Assembly: GCA_003144275.1 (NCBI GenBank)
Contig: NJBF01000003.1
Span: 1 to 32,000 of the forward strand
Direction of reading: 5' to 3'
From: Candidatus Heimdallarchaeota archaeon B3_Heim
Lineage (GTDB): Archaea > Asgardarchaeota > Heimdallarchaeia > Hodarchaeales > Hodarchaeaceae
DNA length: 32,000 bases
Positions 1 through 8,654 of this stretch are shown piece after piece; position 1 is the first letter of the stretch; the number at the start of each line of letters is the position of its first letter. The position numbers were made by a program, and so were the translations under genes. The notes under the pieces are model-generated. The model made no database searches, was not told the DNA's origin, and saw nothing but the letters and a program-made list of their open reading frames with translations.

Positions 1-252
1 TTTGCACAGGTACATAAATCCATAAAAATGGGCCGGGGTTTCATCTGCATACGGATAGTCAATTGTGGTTGAGGGTGTTTTTTGGTGCGCATTCCCACTC
101 TTTTAGGGAGCTTCCCCTCTTATAAGTGTGTAACTGAGAGAGAGCGGTGAAAATGACGAATATGACGAAAATCAACGCTTCTGTTTTTCGAAAAGTAATA
201 AGTTGTCGGACAAATTTAGTCATGTTTTTTTGTCGAAAACAATCAATATAAA

Positions 253-1011
253 ATGAATGATAATAATCGTTCCTCTACCACGGTAGGTAGTTTTAAGTTT
301 ATGACAGTTACAGTTTCCCTCACATTGGCAAAAGAAACTGAATTTTTTAATGAAAAGGTCATTAATAAAATCTATAAAGAAATCACAACTACTGCGGACA
401 TAATAAACGCCACTGGTGGATCCCCAGAAAGAGAAGCGTATCAATCGCTCCTACCTCACTATACAAAAGAATCCACTGGACAAATTACAGCTGGAGGGAG
501 GCATACCCCATTTCTGTATTTTTTTCCCGTTTCAGATTTAACAACATTCATAATTAAACCATACCACGCTGGATTAAGGGAAATTGCTAATCACTATGTT
601 GCAGTGGAAGATGTTAATACAATATATCGCAATCACAAATTTAAACTTGGAGACAAAGAGATTAAAATAATATTTTCGGATGTGTTTGGATTAGGTACCT
701 TTACAGTGGAACAGAAGACCATTCCGTTCATTGTTCAAAGATATAGTAATGGTACTAAACTCACAGAAGTTAAGACAAAGGAAGCACGACTCATTATTTC
801 CTTCCTGCCAAAAATATTCATGCATTTAGCTAAGGAAGGAGTAATAGTTGATCCGTATAACCGAAATTGGTTTGCTCATGGCTTTTCTCTAGATCACCGT
901 AGGCTAGATTATGAATTACTTGAATATGTCGACCTAGGCTTTATGCACTCTCTTGATACCAATCATAAAGTTCAAGCGATTATAGAATCTCTGAAACCGC
1001 TCAATTTCTGA
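253..1011 (+). CDS. Hypothetical protein with protein-kinase-like (PKL) fold motifs
   Basis: 252 aa ORF. Motifs occur in PKL order: AGGRH (Gly loop-like), IIK102PY (beta3 Lys), LREIANH (helix C Glu), FIVQRY (hinge), GVIVD200PYNRN205W (catalytic loop D-x4-N), YVD227LG (DFG equivalent). An alternative start is ATG 301. Confidence 0.55.
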   Translation: MNDNNRSSTTVGSFKFMTVTVSLTLAKETEFFNEKVINKIYKEITTTADIINATGGSPEREAYQSLLPHYTKESTGQITAGGRHTPFLYFFPVSDLTTFIIKPYHAGLREIANHYVAVEDVNTIYRNHKFKLGDKEIKIIFSDVFGLGTFTVEQKTIPFIVQRYSNGTKLTEVKTKEARLIISFLPKIFMHLAKEGVIVDPYNRNWFAHGFSLDHRRLDYELLEYVDLGFMHSLDTNHKVQAIIESLKPLNF

Positions 1012-1129
1012 CATTTGATATATAATAAATCATATAATTGCCTAAATTCTTTTAAATAATGAAAAAAATGGATACTCCTTGTTTTATCATCTACAAGATT
1101 AAGTACGAACGGGTAAGATTGATTCTCTC

Positions 1130-2521
1130 ATGTCAACTGAAGGAACTGTTATACGTAACTTAATGAAAAAAATGAATCTTATATTCCATTCACAAATTAT
1201 TTTAATCTACATAATCGGCTTTAAGAGATTATTTTATCATCGAGGTGAGGATGAATCTCAAAGAAAGATCTCTGTTCTCAAGCTTTTAATTTTCCTACTA
1301 TATCTGTGCGCCTTTGTGTTCGCATTTCTTCAATTTGCTGAAGGCAATATTCCTGCGACAGTTCGAGAAGAATGGAGTAACAAAGAAAACGTTGATTTAA
1401 TGGAAATGTTCCCTTTATCTAGGTACGGAGAAGTAGCATTTATTATTGTCGTTATACTCGTTCTGAGCATCTTTTATTTTTTTATTACCCAGGATAAGCC
1501 TATTAAACACGTTTTTAATTCAATTAAAGATTATACTTCGCAAAGTAAAGAGAGAAGAAGAGCAATTCTCATTATTTTCTCACTTACTATACTTTATTTA
1601 ATTTACCAAGTAGTTAAATTTCTAGTATTTCCCGAAACATTTGAAACTCTTATCATAGCTATCTCTTATAAGGCAGGAATAGGTTTTTTGATAATTTGGG
1701 TCGTTCTCCAGCCACTATTAGTGTTTACTGGTCTACTTCTCACCTTTGATATGATTGCAAAGGACTTTCCGAGGCCGTTTAAGGGATATAACAAATATAA
1801 TATTCCAATATTCATACTAACAATCCTATTAGTTATTGGAATTGCTGGAATAATCTCCAGTACATTTGGAATTAATTTTGACGATGACATTGGGGAGGGT
1901 CTTCCGTATGCTGCCCTCAGTGTTTTTCCCGATATATTCTATTCCTCATCTGGTGTATCTTTCATGCTAATAGGAGTAGTTACTATTTCAACTATCATAA
2001 TATCTCTTATCTTCTTAGAAATATACTTGAAGCACAAAAGAGGAGTAAATGAGTTACAGGAGCGGAGAATGGCCAATTTTATGTTTTTATTTCCATTTCT
2101 AATAATATATGTGCTATTAAAGGCATTCCCCTTTGCTTTCTCTTTTTCGCTTGGTCTTCAATCGTTAAATGATATTCTAGACTTAATCGGCCTATTCATA
2201 GTAATATTCTTTTCGGTCTTTAGGGTGATTGCAATAAAAGACACCTCAAGCCAGGTTGAATTAAGTCGAGGGATTCTACAGAATCCTAAAAAGTGGTTAG
2301 ATTTAATCCCCTCCTATTGTAAAGTTCTAATTATCTTTTATTTAGCATTTGTCGCATTTTATGCTGGTTTAGAAGCAAACACAGTTTTTGCTCTCTCAGG
2401 GGCTACAAGTCAATTTGAAGAGATTCAAATGCTTTCATCAATCGGTATTTCTTTCTTTATGCTTTTGTATGTCTTTTGGCGTTATAAACCTGAAGGCCAA
2501 GCAATTTCCACTAATGAGTGA
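1130..2521 (+). CDS. Hypothetical polytopic membrane protein (about 11-12 TM segments)
   Basis: 463 aa ORF with many long hydrophobic stretches. No recognisable family motif. Start codon uncertain. Confidence 0.7.
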   Translation: MSTEGTVIRNLMKKMNLIFHSQIILIYIIGFKRLFYHRGEDESQRKISVLKLLIFLLYLCAFVFAFLQFAEGNIPATVREEWSNKENVDLMEMFPLSRYGEVAFIIVVILVLSIFYFFITQDKPIKHVFNSIKDYTSQSKERRRAILIIFSLTILYLIYQVVKFLVFPETFETLIIAISYKAGIGFLIIWVVLQPLLVFTGLLLTFDMIAKDFPRPFKGYNKYNIPIFILTILLVIGIAGIISSTFGINFDDDIGEGLPYAALSVFPDIFYSSSGVSFMLIGVVTISTIIISLIFLEIYLKHKRGVNELQERRMANFMFLFPFLIIYVLLKAFPFAFSFSLGLQSLNDILDLIGLFIVIFFSVFRVIAIKDTSSQVELSRGILQNPKKWLDLIPSYCKVLIIFYLAFVAFYAGLEANTVFALSGATSQFEEIQMLSSIGISFFMLLYVFWRYKPEGQAISTNE

Positions 2522-2549
2522 TAAAGGAGAAAGAATTAAAGAGAGGGGA

Positions 2550-3233
2550 TTAGGTCGAATAAGGCCGTGCATCGACCTGACCACCATTTTTCTTGGCTGT
2601 TTTTTTCCAACTACGATTATTTATCCATATCATGAATTTCCGCATAACTCGGTTATAATAAATTTTTAGCGAGAAAATTTCAAGGGCTTCGTCTCCAAAA
2701 TCACTATTTGTAACAAATGATTCAACAACTCGATCTAAAGCTTTCATTACTTTTTTGCCAAATCCTCCACCTTCGTTCAATAGTTTTCCAATTCTTCCTC
2801 GCATTGCTTCCCCTCCTCCAAGAGCTAAACTTCCTGTCCAATGTAATCCCAATGAGGTGGCAAATTTGTGATAGATAGGAATTGCTATCTCGGTTATATG
2901 GAAGGGTTCAGGAAAACCACTGTTAATTATTGGTAAAAACCGTTTGTTCGCGTATTTACTGCTATTTTTTGCCATAACCTCCATTGTTTTGGTTACTATG
3001 GCTGGAGAGGTATCATCATATAATGGTGCTACTAGGACGATGATATCAGCTTGATCTATAGCTACTAACATATCATTCATCTTTTCTTCACTAGCCACAT
3101 GATTTCTTATGAAAATCGGATCTTGGCTTTCCAACCCGTTTTTCTCGAATATTTCTTGTAGGTATATACAAACAGCATTTGAGGTACTTTTTCTCCCTCG
3201 GGGACTTCCCATCAATAAAACTGCTTTAGTCAT
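2550..3233 (-). CDS. Flavodoxin-like / NAD(P)H-dependent FMN reductase family protein
   Basis: N-terminal LLMGSPRGRKSTS FMN phosphate loop; ADIIVLVAPLYDDTSP; FLPIINSGFPE. ATG 3233 lies 1 nt after the stop of the upstream gene (the ORF track uses GTG 3242). Confidence 0.85.
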   Translation of the reverse strand: MTKAVLLMGSPRGRKSTSNAVCIYLQEIFEKNGLESQDPIFIRNHVASEEKMNDMLVAIDQADIIVLVAPLYDDTSPAIVTKTMEVMAKNSSKYANKRFLPIINSGFPEPFHITEIAIPIYHKFATSLGLHWTGSLALGGGEAMRGRIGKLLNEGGGFGKKVMKALDRVVESFVTNSDFGDEALEIFSLKIYYNRVMRKFMIWINNRSWKKTAKKNGGQVDARPYST

Positions 3234-3234
3234 T

Positions 3235-3825
3235 TTATCCACTCTTATTTCCTACATTTATTTTCTGGATACACTTATTTACTCGATCTCGAATAGTCTC
3301 TTCATTTTCTTTTGTCTGAAAAACTTCTGTTTTATGCATTGGAGGATAGAAATTTCGACTATGGCGTTCAAGTAATTTCTTGAATAAAACCTCCTCTTCT
3401 TTATCCAAATTATCAGTAACAGCAAACGCTAATACTGATGGATAACGCTCGTATCTTTTTAGATGATGTGATTCACCATCAACGATTAATTGTCCAGGTT
3501 GCAACAATCCAAGCATTCTTTCAATTATTGCTTTTAATTCTGAAGAGTAACCTCCGAAGGTAAGAGGAGTTAAAAAAACAAGTAATTCATTTTGAATTAC
3601 TTTTTCCACTATTTTATTGGCATCGTCACCTTTTATTCCCGTGCAAATACCAGGTGTCGTGTCCCAACACTTAAAGCAACCAGTACAACCCTTTATATTA
3701 TACTCATTCAAGATAAATGTTTCTGTATCCCAACCAGCTTCCTTAAGTTCATCTTCGAGTATCTCTTGAATCGCTGTTAATTTATTATGGCCTTTATGAT
3801 CCCCATTTAGTATTAAAACACCCAT
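3235..3825 (-). CDS. Flavodoxin family / iron-sulfur flavoprotein-like protein
   Basis: LILNGD at the N-terminus, compact Cys motif CTGCFKCWDTTPGIC (C-x2-C-x2-C-x7-C), LVFLTPLTFGGYSSELKAIIER. Confidence 0.85.
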   Translation of the reverse strand: MGVLILNGDHKGHNKLTAIQEILEDELKEAGWDTETFILNEYNIKGCTGCFKCWDTTPGICTGIKGDDANKIVEKVIQNELLVFLTPLTFGGYSSELKAIIERMLGLLQPGQLIVDGESHHLKRYERYPSVLAFAVTDNLDKEEEVLFKKLLERHSRNFYPPMHKTEVFQTKENEETIRDRVNKCIQKINVGNKSG

Positions 3826-3863
3826 AGTTTTTGTTTCCTTTACTTTTATGTTTTATTTGCATT

Positions 3864-4640
3864 TCATGCGGTCAGTACGGCCATCAATATCATGAGGCCG
3901 CCAGCTGTATTAAGTAGAATGTGAACTAGCATACTAAATCGCATATCTTTTTTCCACCACACCAAATATCCCAAGGGTAATAGTGCAATGATTCGTATGG
4001 GGTTTTCCCATGGCGAGAAGAAATGATACAAAGAAAAAAGAACCACATTAAGAGCAGGGGCCCACTTATTGGCATAAGCATCCATTCTTGGGAGTAAGTA
4101 TCCACGGAAATATAATTCTTCAACAAATGGTCCTAAAATTCCATTGCATAGTATATAAAGAGCTAAAAGTAAAAAAATCCCTGAATACGCAGCAAAAGCT
4201 TGTAAGTCATCTAGATTCATCGCATTTTGTAAATTATATTCTTCAGGATACCACGAAAATAATGCCTTTACGATCTCTGGATTCACAACTGGAGCGATTA
4301 GGGTAAACATTACGATTGAAAAAATAAGTAATATTGGTACGAATATTAAATAATCCTTCAACGGATTTTTTTCGGTATTCCCAAGCACCCCTTTTAGAGT
4401 ATATCGTCCGTTTAACTTTTTCCCTTCATACAACAGGATTCCAAGTTGCAGAGGTACCAATGTAAAGAGACATGCTAAGTTGAGTCCTAAGATTACTTTT
4501 AGTTCTACATCGATTCCTAAGACTTCAGAAAATACAGGTAGTGAGAAAAAAAATAATCCGATTAATATCGGAATACCAGGAAGTAAATGCAGTAATAGTG
4601 ATTTCAACACAGTGTGTTGTTCAAATTGTTGTTCTGCCAT
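3864..4640 (-). CDS. CPBP family (Abi/Rce1-like) intramembrane glutamic endopeptidase
   Basis: Motifs GPFVEELYFRGYLL, LFSLYH and SMLVHILLN in a multi-TM protein. Confidence 0.92.
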   Translation of the reverse strand: MAEQQFEQHTVLKSLLLHLLPGIPILIGLFFFSLPVFSEVLGIDVELKVILGLNLACLFTLVPLQLGILLYEGKKLNGRYTLKGVLGNTEKNPLKDYLIFVPILLIFSIVMFTLIAPVVNPEIVKALFSWYPEEYNLQNAMNLDDLQAFAAYSGIFLLLALYILCNGILGPFVEELYFRGYLLPRMDAYANKWAPALNVVLFSLYHFFSPWENPIRIIALLPLGYLVWWKKDMRFSMLVHILLNTAGGLMILMAVLTA

Positions 4641-4758
4641 TTCTTTTAACCTTCTAATCGTTCAATTTTCATTTTTGTAGATAATTTTGGTTGGCTTATT
4701 CGTTAAGAAATCTAAATTTATAAGGTTTTGTACATTTAACAATTGTTTTATTCAAATA

Positions 4759-5556
4759 TTAGTGATTAAGAGATAAGAGCTCCAAAACATAGGTGAGGGG
4801 AAATTCTGTCCTAATAGCAGATGATCCATGCCATTTTGCACACCCTGAATAGAATATAGGAACTGCATGGGATGGAATACCCATTTCCATTACGTAGGTG
4901 TTGCCTAACGCTAGTTCGGGTATGCATGCAATTGGAATAAGGCTAAAGTGACCATATTTTTTTCTTAAATTGCGAAAAACTCTCAAAAAATTAGGCTCCT
5001 TGAACCTGTTCCCCATTGTGATGTAAACCTCAAAATCGTTGTCAATACTTACTTGATTTAACATCCATGCGTTAAAATTTGTGTCCTGAGTACCAATAAT
5101 TTTATGCCAGCCTATTTTTGTACGTTTGACTTTTAACAAATTAAAATCTGGACCAGTTAAACAGCGGGGTAAGACAATGATTTTTTTTTCCGTTCTGTCA
5201 AACTCAGCTCTCCAAAATTGATTTGATTGTTCTATAAGGAGCATATAAAGGACATAGAGAGTTTTATTTGTATGGATCATTGGATTATTGTAATTGATAT
5301 CCATTTCTTGCTTCATTATTATCTCAGAATAATCAGATAATTGTTCAAAAATTGGCTCAAGATGTGGAGTAACGCTGGATTCGAGAGCTTTTACTGCCTC
5401 GGAAATACTATGAACGTATTTTGTAAGAGTATTTGATTCTATATCTATTTCTTTTAGCTTGTATGGAAAACTAGACACCTGATCACCTGTGATATTGAAT
5501 TCGCTGGGTTTTCTATGGAAAGGATTGGGAGAAAGTCTTATAAATATATTTGCCAA
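4759..5556 (-). CDS. DUF116-like domain protein (divergent)
   Basis: KKIIVLPRCL, FEVYITMG, IPIACIPELALG and GIPSHAVPIFYSGC follow the DUF116 pattern as I recall it. TTG start. Confidence 0.65.
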   Translation of the reverse strand: MANIFIRLSPNPFHRKPSEFNITGDQVSSFPYKLKEIDIESNTLTKYVHSISEAVKALESSVTPHLEPIFEQLSDYSEIIMKQEMDINYNNPMIHTNKTLYVLYMLLIEQSNQFWRAEFDRTEKKIIVLPRCLTGPDFNLLKVKRTKIGWHKIIGTQDTNFNAWMLNQVSIDNDFEVYITMGNRFKEPNFLRVFRNLRKKYGHFSLIPIACIPELALGNTYVMEMGIPSHAVPIFYSGCAKWHGSSAIRTEFPLTYVLELLSLNH

Positions 5557-5615
5557 TTTTAAACTTCCCTTTATTTTCCGAATATCTTTCGGATTGAATT
5601 GAGAGATGAAAAGTA

Positions 5616-5942
5616 ATGTTTTGTGACAATTGTGGAAATAGTGTAGAGGACGGCGCAGCGTTCTGTCCTAAATGCGGTCAGAGTTTAATGGCTGGAAAAG
5701 GACCAAGTGATGTTCCTCCTCCAACACGATCCTATCGAAAAAAGCAAAGTCAAGATAATCTTTGTTTTGGTGAAGAAAATGAGAACCCGTACGGTACAGG
5801 AATTTTTTTCCTTTTTCTAGCGGTTTTTTTTACAGTGATCTTTTTCTTTCCAGAAGATTTTCCTGTAGAGTCTCTGGTTGTACTAGGATTCTTATTGTTT
5901 GGAATATTAGCCATCGTACAGGCAAAAAGGAGAAGTCAGTAA
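5616..5942 (+). CDS. Zinc-ribbon domain membrane protein
   Basis: N-terminal CDNC-x10-CPKC, Pro/basic linker, LCFGEE motif, two C-terminal TM helices. Confidence 0.85.
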   Translation: MFCDNCGNSVEDGAAFCPKCGQSLMAGKGPSDVPPPTRSYRKKQSQDNLCFGEENENPYGTGIFFLFLAVFFTVIFFFPEDFPVESLVVLGFLLFGILAIVQAKRRSQ

Positions 5943-5955
5943 GGAGGTTCGATCA

Positions 5956-6441
5956 TTGAAATGTGAAAAATGTGAAAAGGAAAATGAAAAAGATGCCCGA
6001 TTTTGCCGGTATTGTGGTGAAGCTATGACTGATGTTGAAGTAACAAAGGGTGAAAAAGGCTTTGTTGCAGATAAACGTCGAACTGAAGGTGGTTTTCTCT
6101 GTTTTGGAGAGGAGGAATGGTCTGGTTCTGATTCTGGAATGGTTCTTGGAATTGTTTTTATCTCCGTAGCCATTATTATGGCCCTTGCCATGTTTAATTT
6201 CTTCGAAGGGTTTGGTAATGCCATAGGGAACTTTTTTGGTGACTTTGGCACAAACATGGGTCAAATTGGAGAGGATATAGGGAACTTTTTCGGTAATTGG
6301 GGTGAAAACTTCGGCGCATCCGTGGAAAGATTCTTTGGTGGAGTCGAATGGTGGAAAATACTTCAACCAATAATTGTATTATTCTTCCTAGGAATTGGAT
6401 TAATTATTCTTTACAGGAGTTATCGAGAACAAAATCGATAA
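5956..6441 (+). CDS. Zinc-ribbon domain membrane protein (paralogue of the upstream gene)
   Basis: TTG start after AGGAGG (5942-5947); CEKC-x10-CRYC; LCFGEE motif; TM, Gly/Asn/Phe repeat region, TM. Confidence 0.85.
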   Translation: MKCEKCEKENEKDARFCRYCGEAMTDVEVTKGEKGFVADKRRTEGGFLCFGEEEWSGSDSGMVLGIVFISVAIIMALAMFNFFEGFGNAIGNFFGDFGTNMGQIGEDIGNFFGNWGENFGASVERFFGGVEWWKILQPIIVLFFLGIGLIILYRSYREQNR

Positions 6442-6464
6442 TTCTTTTTTTTCTCTCTTTTTTT
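6442..6464 (+). terminator. Probable archaeal oligo-T terminator between convergent genes
   Basis: TTCTTTTTTTTCTCTCTTTTTTT directly after the TAA of 5956-6441 and abutting the stop of the convergent gene. Confidence 0.5.
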
Positions 6465-7912
6465 CAAGGAATTAATCGCTTTAATTGGCCTATTACACCC
6501 GCTCTCATATAATACATATAAATTCGACGTTTATACTTATTTCGTGTGAGTATTCCAGCAAATCGTCTTTTCCAGCTGTCGAACACGTGTCTGTAAGCGA
6601 GATATAGTTCTTCTTGTAATTCCGTTGCTGAAAGGAATTTCATATCACAGACGCCATGAATCATATCATAATTAGTCCAATTGAAATCCACGATTCTATT
6701 TTTCGTTAGTAATTCCTCATACATCGGTGTACCAGGATAAGGAGTTAATAACATTGAAATGATTAAATCAGGTTTCACAATATCGGTTGCCCATCGCATG
6801 GTTTCTTGGATTGATTCCCGGGTTTCATTCTCATGCCCTAGAACTAGCATTAACTGAGCTAAAATATTATTCTTCTTTAATAGTCTAATAGCTTCTATTG
6901 TTTGACTGCCTTCGATGCCTTTCTGGTATAAATCCAATACTTCATTGAATGGTGACTCTGCGCCTACTAGTTGCCAGTAATTTCCAGCACGATTCATTCT
7001 GGCTAATCCTTCGTTACCTACATTTAGAATACTGTCCACCCGCATTTGTGCAAACCACTCACTATTCTCTCCCGTTATTCCGCGTGAGCTCATCTCCTTA
7101 CAAAGGGCCTCTATTAATTTCGGAGAACCATTACAAAAATTATCATCTGCAAACCAGAAGAATCGTCTTCCTAACTTGTCATACATCCATTCCATTTCAT
7201 CTGCAATGCGTTGGACTGATTTAGTGGCAAAATGCCGTCGATAAAACACCTGTTGAGAGCAAAATGAGCAATCATGAGTGCACCCCCTAGCTCCTTCCAG
7301 TATAACGTAAGGGTTATCAGACATCATAGCGAAATGATATTTTTCAAGGGGTACCATATGATAAGCAGGGTAAGGAAGAGCATCAAGTTCTTCCCCTGTA
7401 AGCGGAGGATGATCTTCAGTTCGATAAAATTTTTCATTATGAATAAACGATATTCCCTTGATGGATTTTAACCCTTCTTTTGCAAATCCTTGTTGCTGTA
7501 CATGAGTTAATACTGCAATTAAAGCTTTTTCTCCTTCATATCGTACGATGAGATCGATATTTCGGTATTCCTTGAGAGAAATTTCATCCATCATGGTGAA
7601 ATGGGCGCCTCCCGCAATGGTGACGATCTCTGGATCAACTCTTTTTACCATATCTAGAATTCGTACCGTCTTATAGACATTACAGGTTGCATGGCTCCCA
7701 GAACCCACTATATCTGGTTTTTCACGTTTTATTACTTCTTCTAATCCAAACCAGTCGAGATTCTCCGCTTGTGAGTCGATTACTTTTACAGTGGAATCTG
7801 GTAATTGCTGTTCTATTACAGCTGCGAGTAAGAGTAGATTGTAAGGGGGGGGTAGGTATTCTCCCATAACAAACCAGAATTTTTTGGGTGGTTCTATTAG
7901 AAGGATTTTCAT
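6464..7912 (-). CDS. Cobalamin-binding radical SAM protein (class B, BchE-like architecture)
   Basis: N-terminal B12-binding Rossmann features (DIVGSGSHAT, IAGGAHFT, DLIVRYEGE); CxxxCxxC in GARGCTHDCSFC; FADDNF; VGAES; LTPYPGTPMY. ATG 7912 is preferred over TTG 7924. Confidence 0.92.
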   Translation of the reverse strand: MKILLIEPPKKFWFVMGEYLPPPYNLLLLAAVIEQQLPDSTVKVIDSQAENLDWFGLEEVIKREKPDIVGSGSHATCNVYKTVRILDMVKRVDPEIVTIAGGAHFTMMDEISLKEYRNIDLIVRYEGEKALIAVLTHVQQQGFAKEGLKSIKGISFIHNEKFYRTEDHPPLTGEELDALPYPAYHMVPLEKYHFAMMSDNPYVILEGARGCTHDCSFCSQQVFYRRHFATKSVQRIADEMEWMYDKLGRRFFWFADDNFCNGSPKLIEALCKEMSSRGITGENSEWFAQMRVDSILNVGNEGLARMNRAGNYWQLVGAESPFNEVLDLYQKGIEGSQTIEAIRLLKKNNILAQLMLVLGHENETRESIQETMRWATDIVKPDLIISMLLTPYPGTPMYEELLTKNRIVDFNWTNYDMIHGVCDMKFLSATELQEELYLAYRHVFDSWKRRFAGILTRNKYKRRIYMYYMRAGVIGQLKRLIP

Positions 7913-8024
7913 ATTGATTACCAAGTTTTTCTCTCTGAATCACATTTCAGAACGAAGATAATTCATAAATATGAAAAGGTTTTCAATTAAAAACGTAACA
8001 TTCATCAATATTGGAGGAAAAAAA

Positions 8025-8654
8025 ATGAACGTTCAATACCAATCCCTATCAAATGAAGTCAAGTTTATACGAAAGGGTAGTAAAGAACGCGGCTTCTTCT
8101 TTGGGGTAATGGGCTTATTGTTTCAAATTATATTCTTTTGGGGATATTGGAGTTTTCTAGACGAAACTGGTCCATGGTCAATCTTTTGGCTTACCATTAT
8201 TAATAGTGAGTTGTTTCCTTTTACTTTTATTTTGTTTGTTTTTGGGGCAGGCTGTATATTAGTGGCTATTCGTGAATTTGGTTGGCAAGAGTCCTTAATC
8301 ATTAAAACAAATCTTTTTCAGGACATCTCAGGAATACGGAAAGAAATAAAGTTATTTCGGTGGATACGCACCACAGATATTCTTAAAAATCAAATTGTGA
8401 CTCTTCGGTTACATTCGATTCTGCTAGACCAATTTGGGGTTAACAAATCATACAGAATTGAAGTAGATTATCAAGAAAAAGTAACTTCACCAATAGAAAC
8501 CATAATATTATTTAAAGACCATGAAGATAAAACACAATCATCCCTAGGCTTAATAGAGAAAATTCATGATATTTTATCATTATCTAAGGAAATTGAAAAA
8601 ACAGAATCAGTTACTTTTCAATTGGAAGGGAAAAAAAGGGTTGATAATAGCTAG
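8025..8654 (+). CDS. Hypothetical membrane protein (two N-terminal TM helices plus a soluble C-terminal domain)
   Basis: GGAGG at 8013-8017 precedes ATG 8025 (the ORF track starts at 7971). Two hydrophobic segments are followed by a beta-rich soluble region. Confidence 0.7.
   Translation: MNVQYQSLSNEVKFIRKGSKERGFFFGVMGLLFQIIFFWGYWSFLDETGPWSIFWLTIINSELFPFTFILFVFGAGCILVAIREFGWQESLIIKTNLFQDISGIRKEIKLFRWIRTTDILKNQIVTLRLHSILLDQFGVNKSYRIEVDYQEKVTSPIETIILFKDHEDKTQSSLGLIEKIHDILSLSKEIEKTESVTFQLEGKKRVDNS

Noticed and set aside
3-12. TGCACAGGTA occurs at 3-12 and again at 24740-24749 in the RHH promoter palindrome
   Set aside because: A single 10-mer match 24.7 kb apart at the window edge is compatible with chance.
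1-92. Minus-strand open frame from ATG 92 running off the window start (MRTKKHPQPQLTIRMQMKPRPIFMDLCTCA...)
   Set aside because: Only 30 codons are visible and there is no recognisable motif. Another frame is also open, so the true CDS cannot be determined.
5907-6366. Antisense ORFs 5907-6257 and 5953-6366, and the other short overlapping ORFs in the track (for example 10123-10470, 21079-21489, 26676-27083)
   Set aside because: They are shadow frames of well-supported genes, with no motifs of their own.
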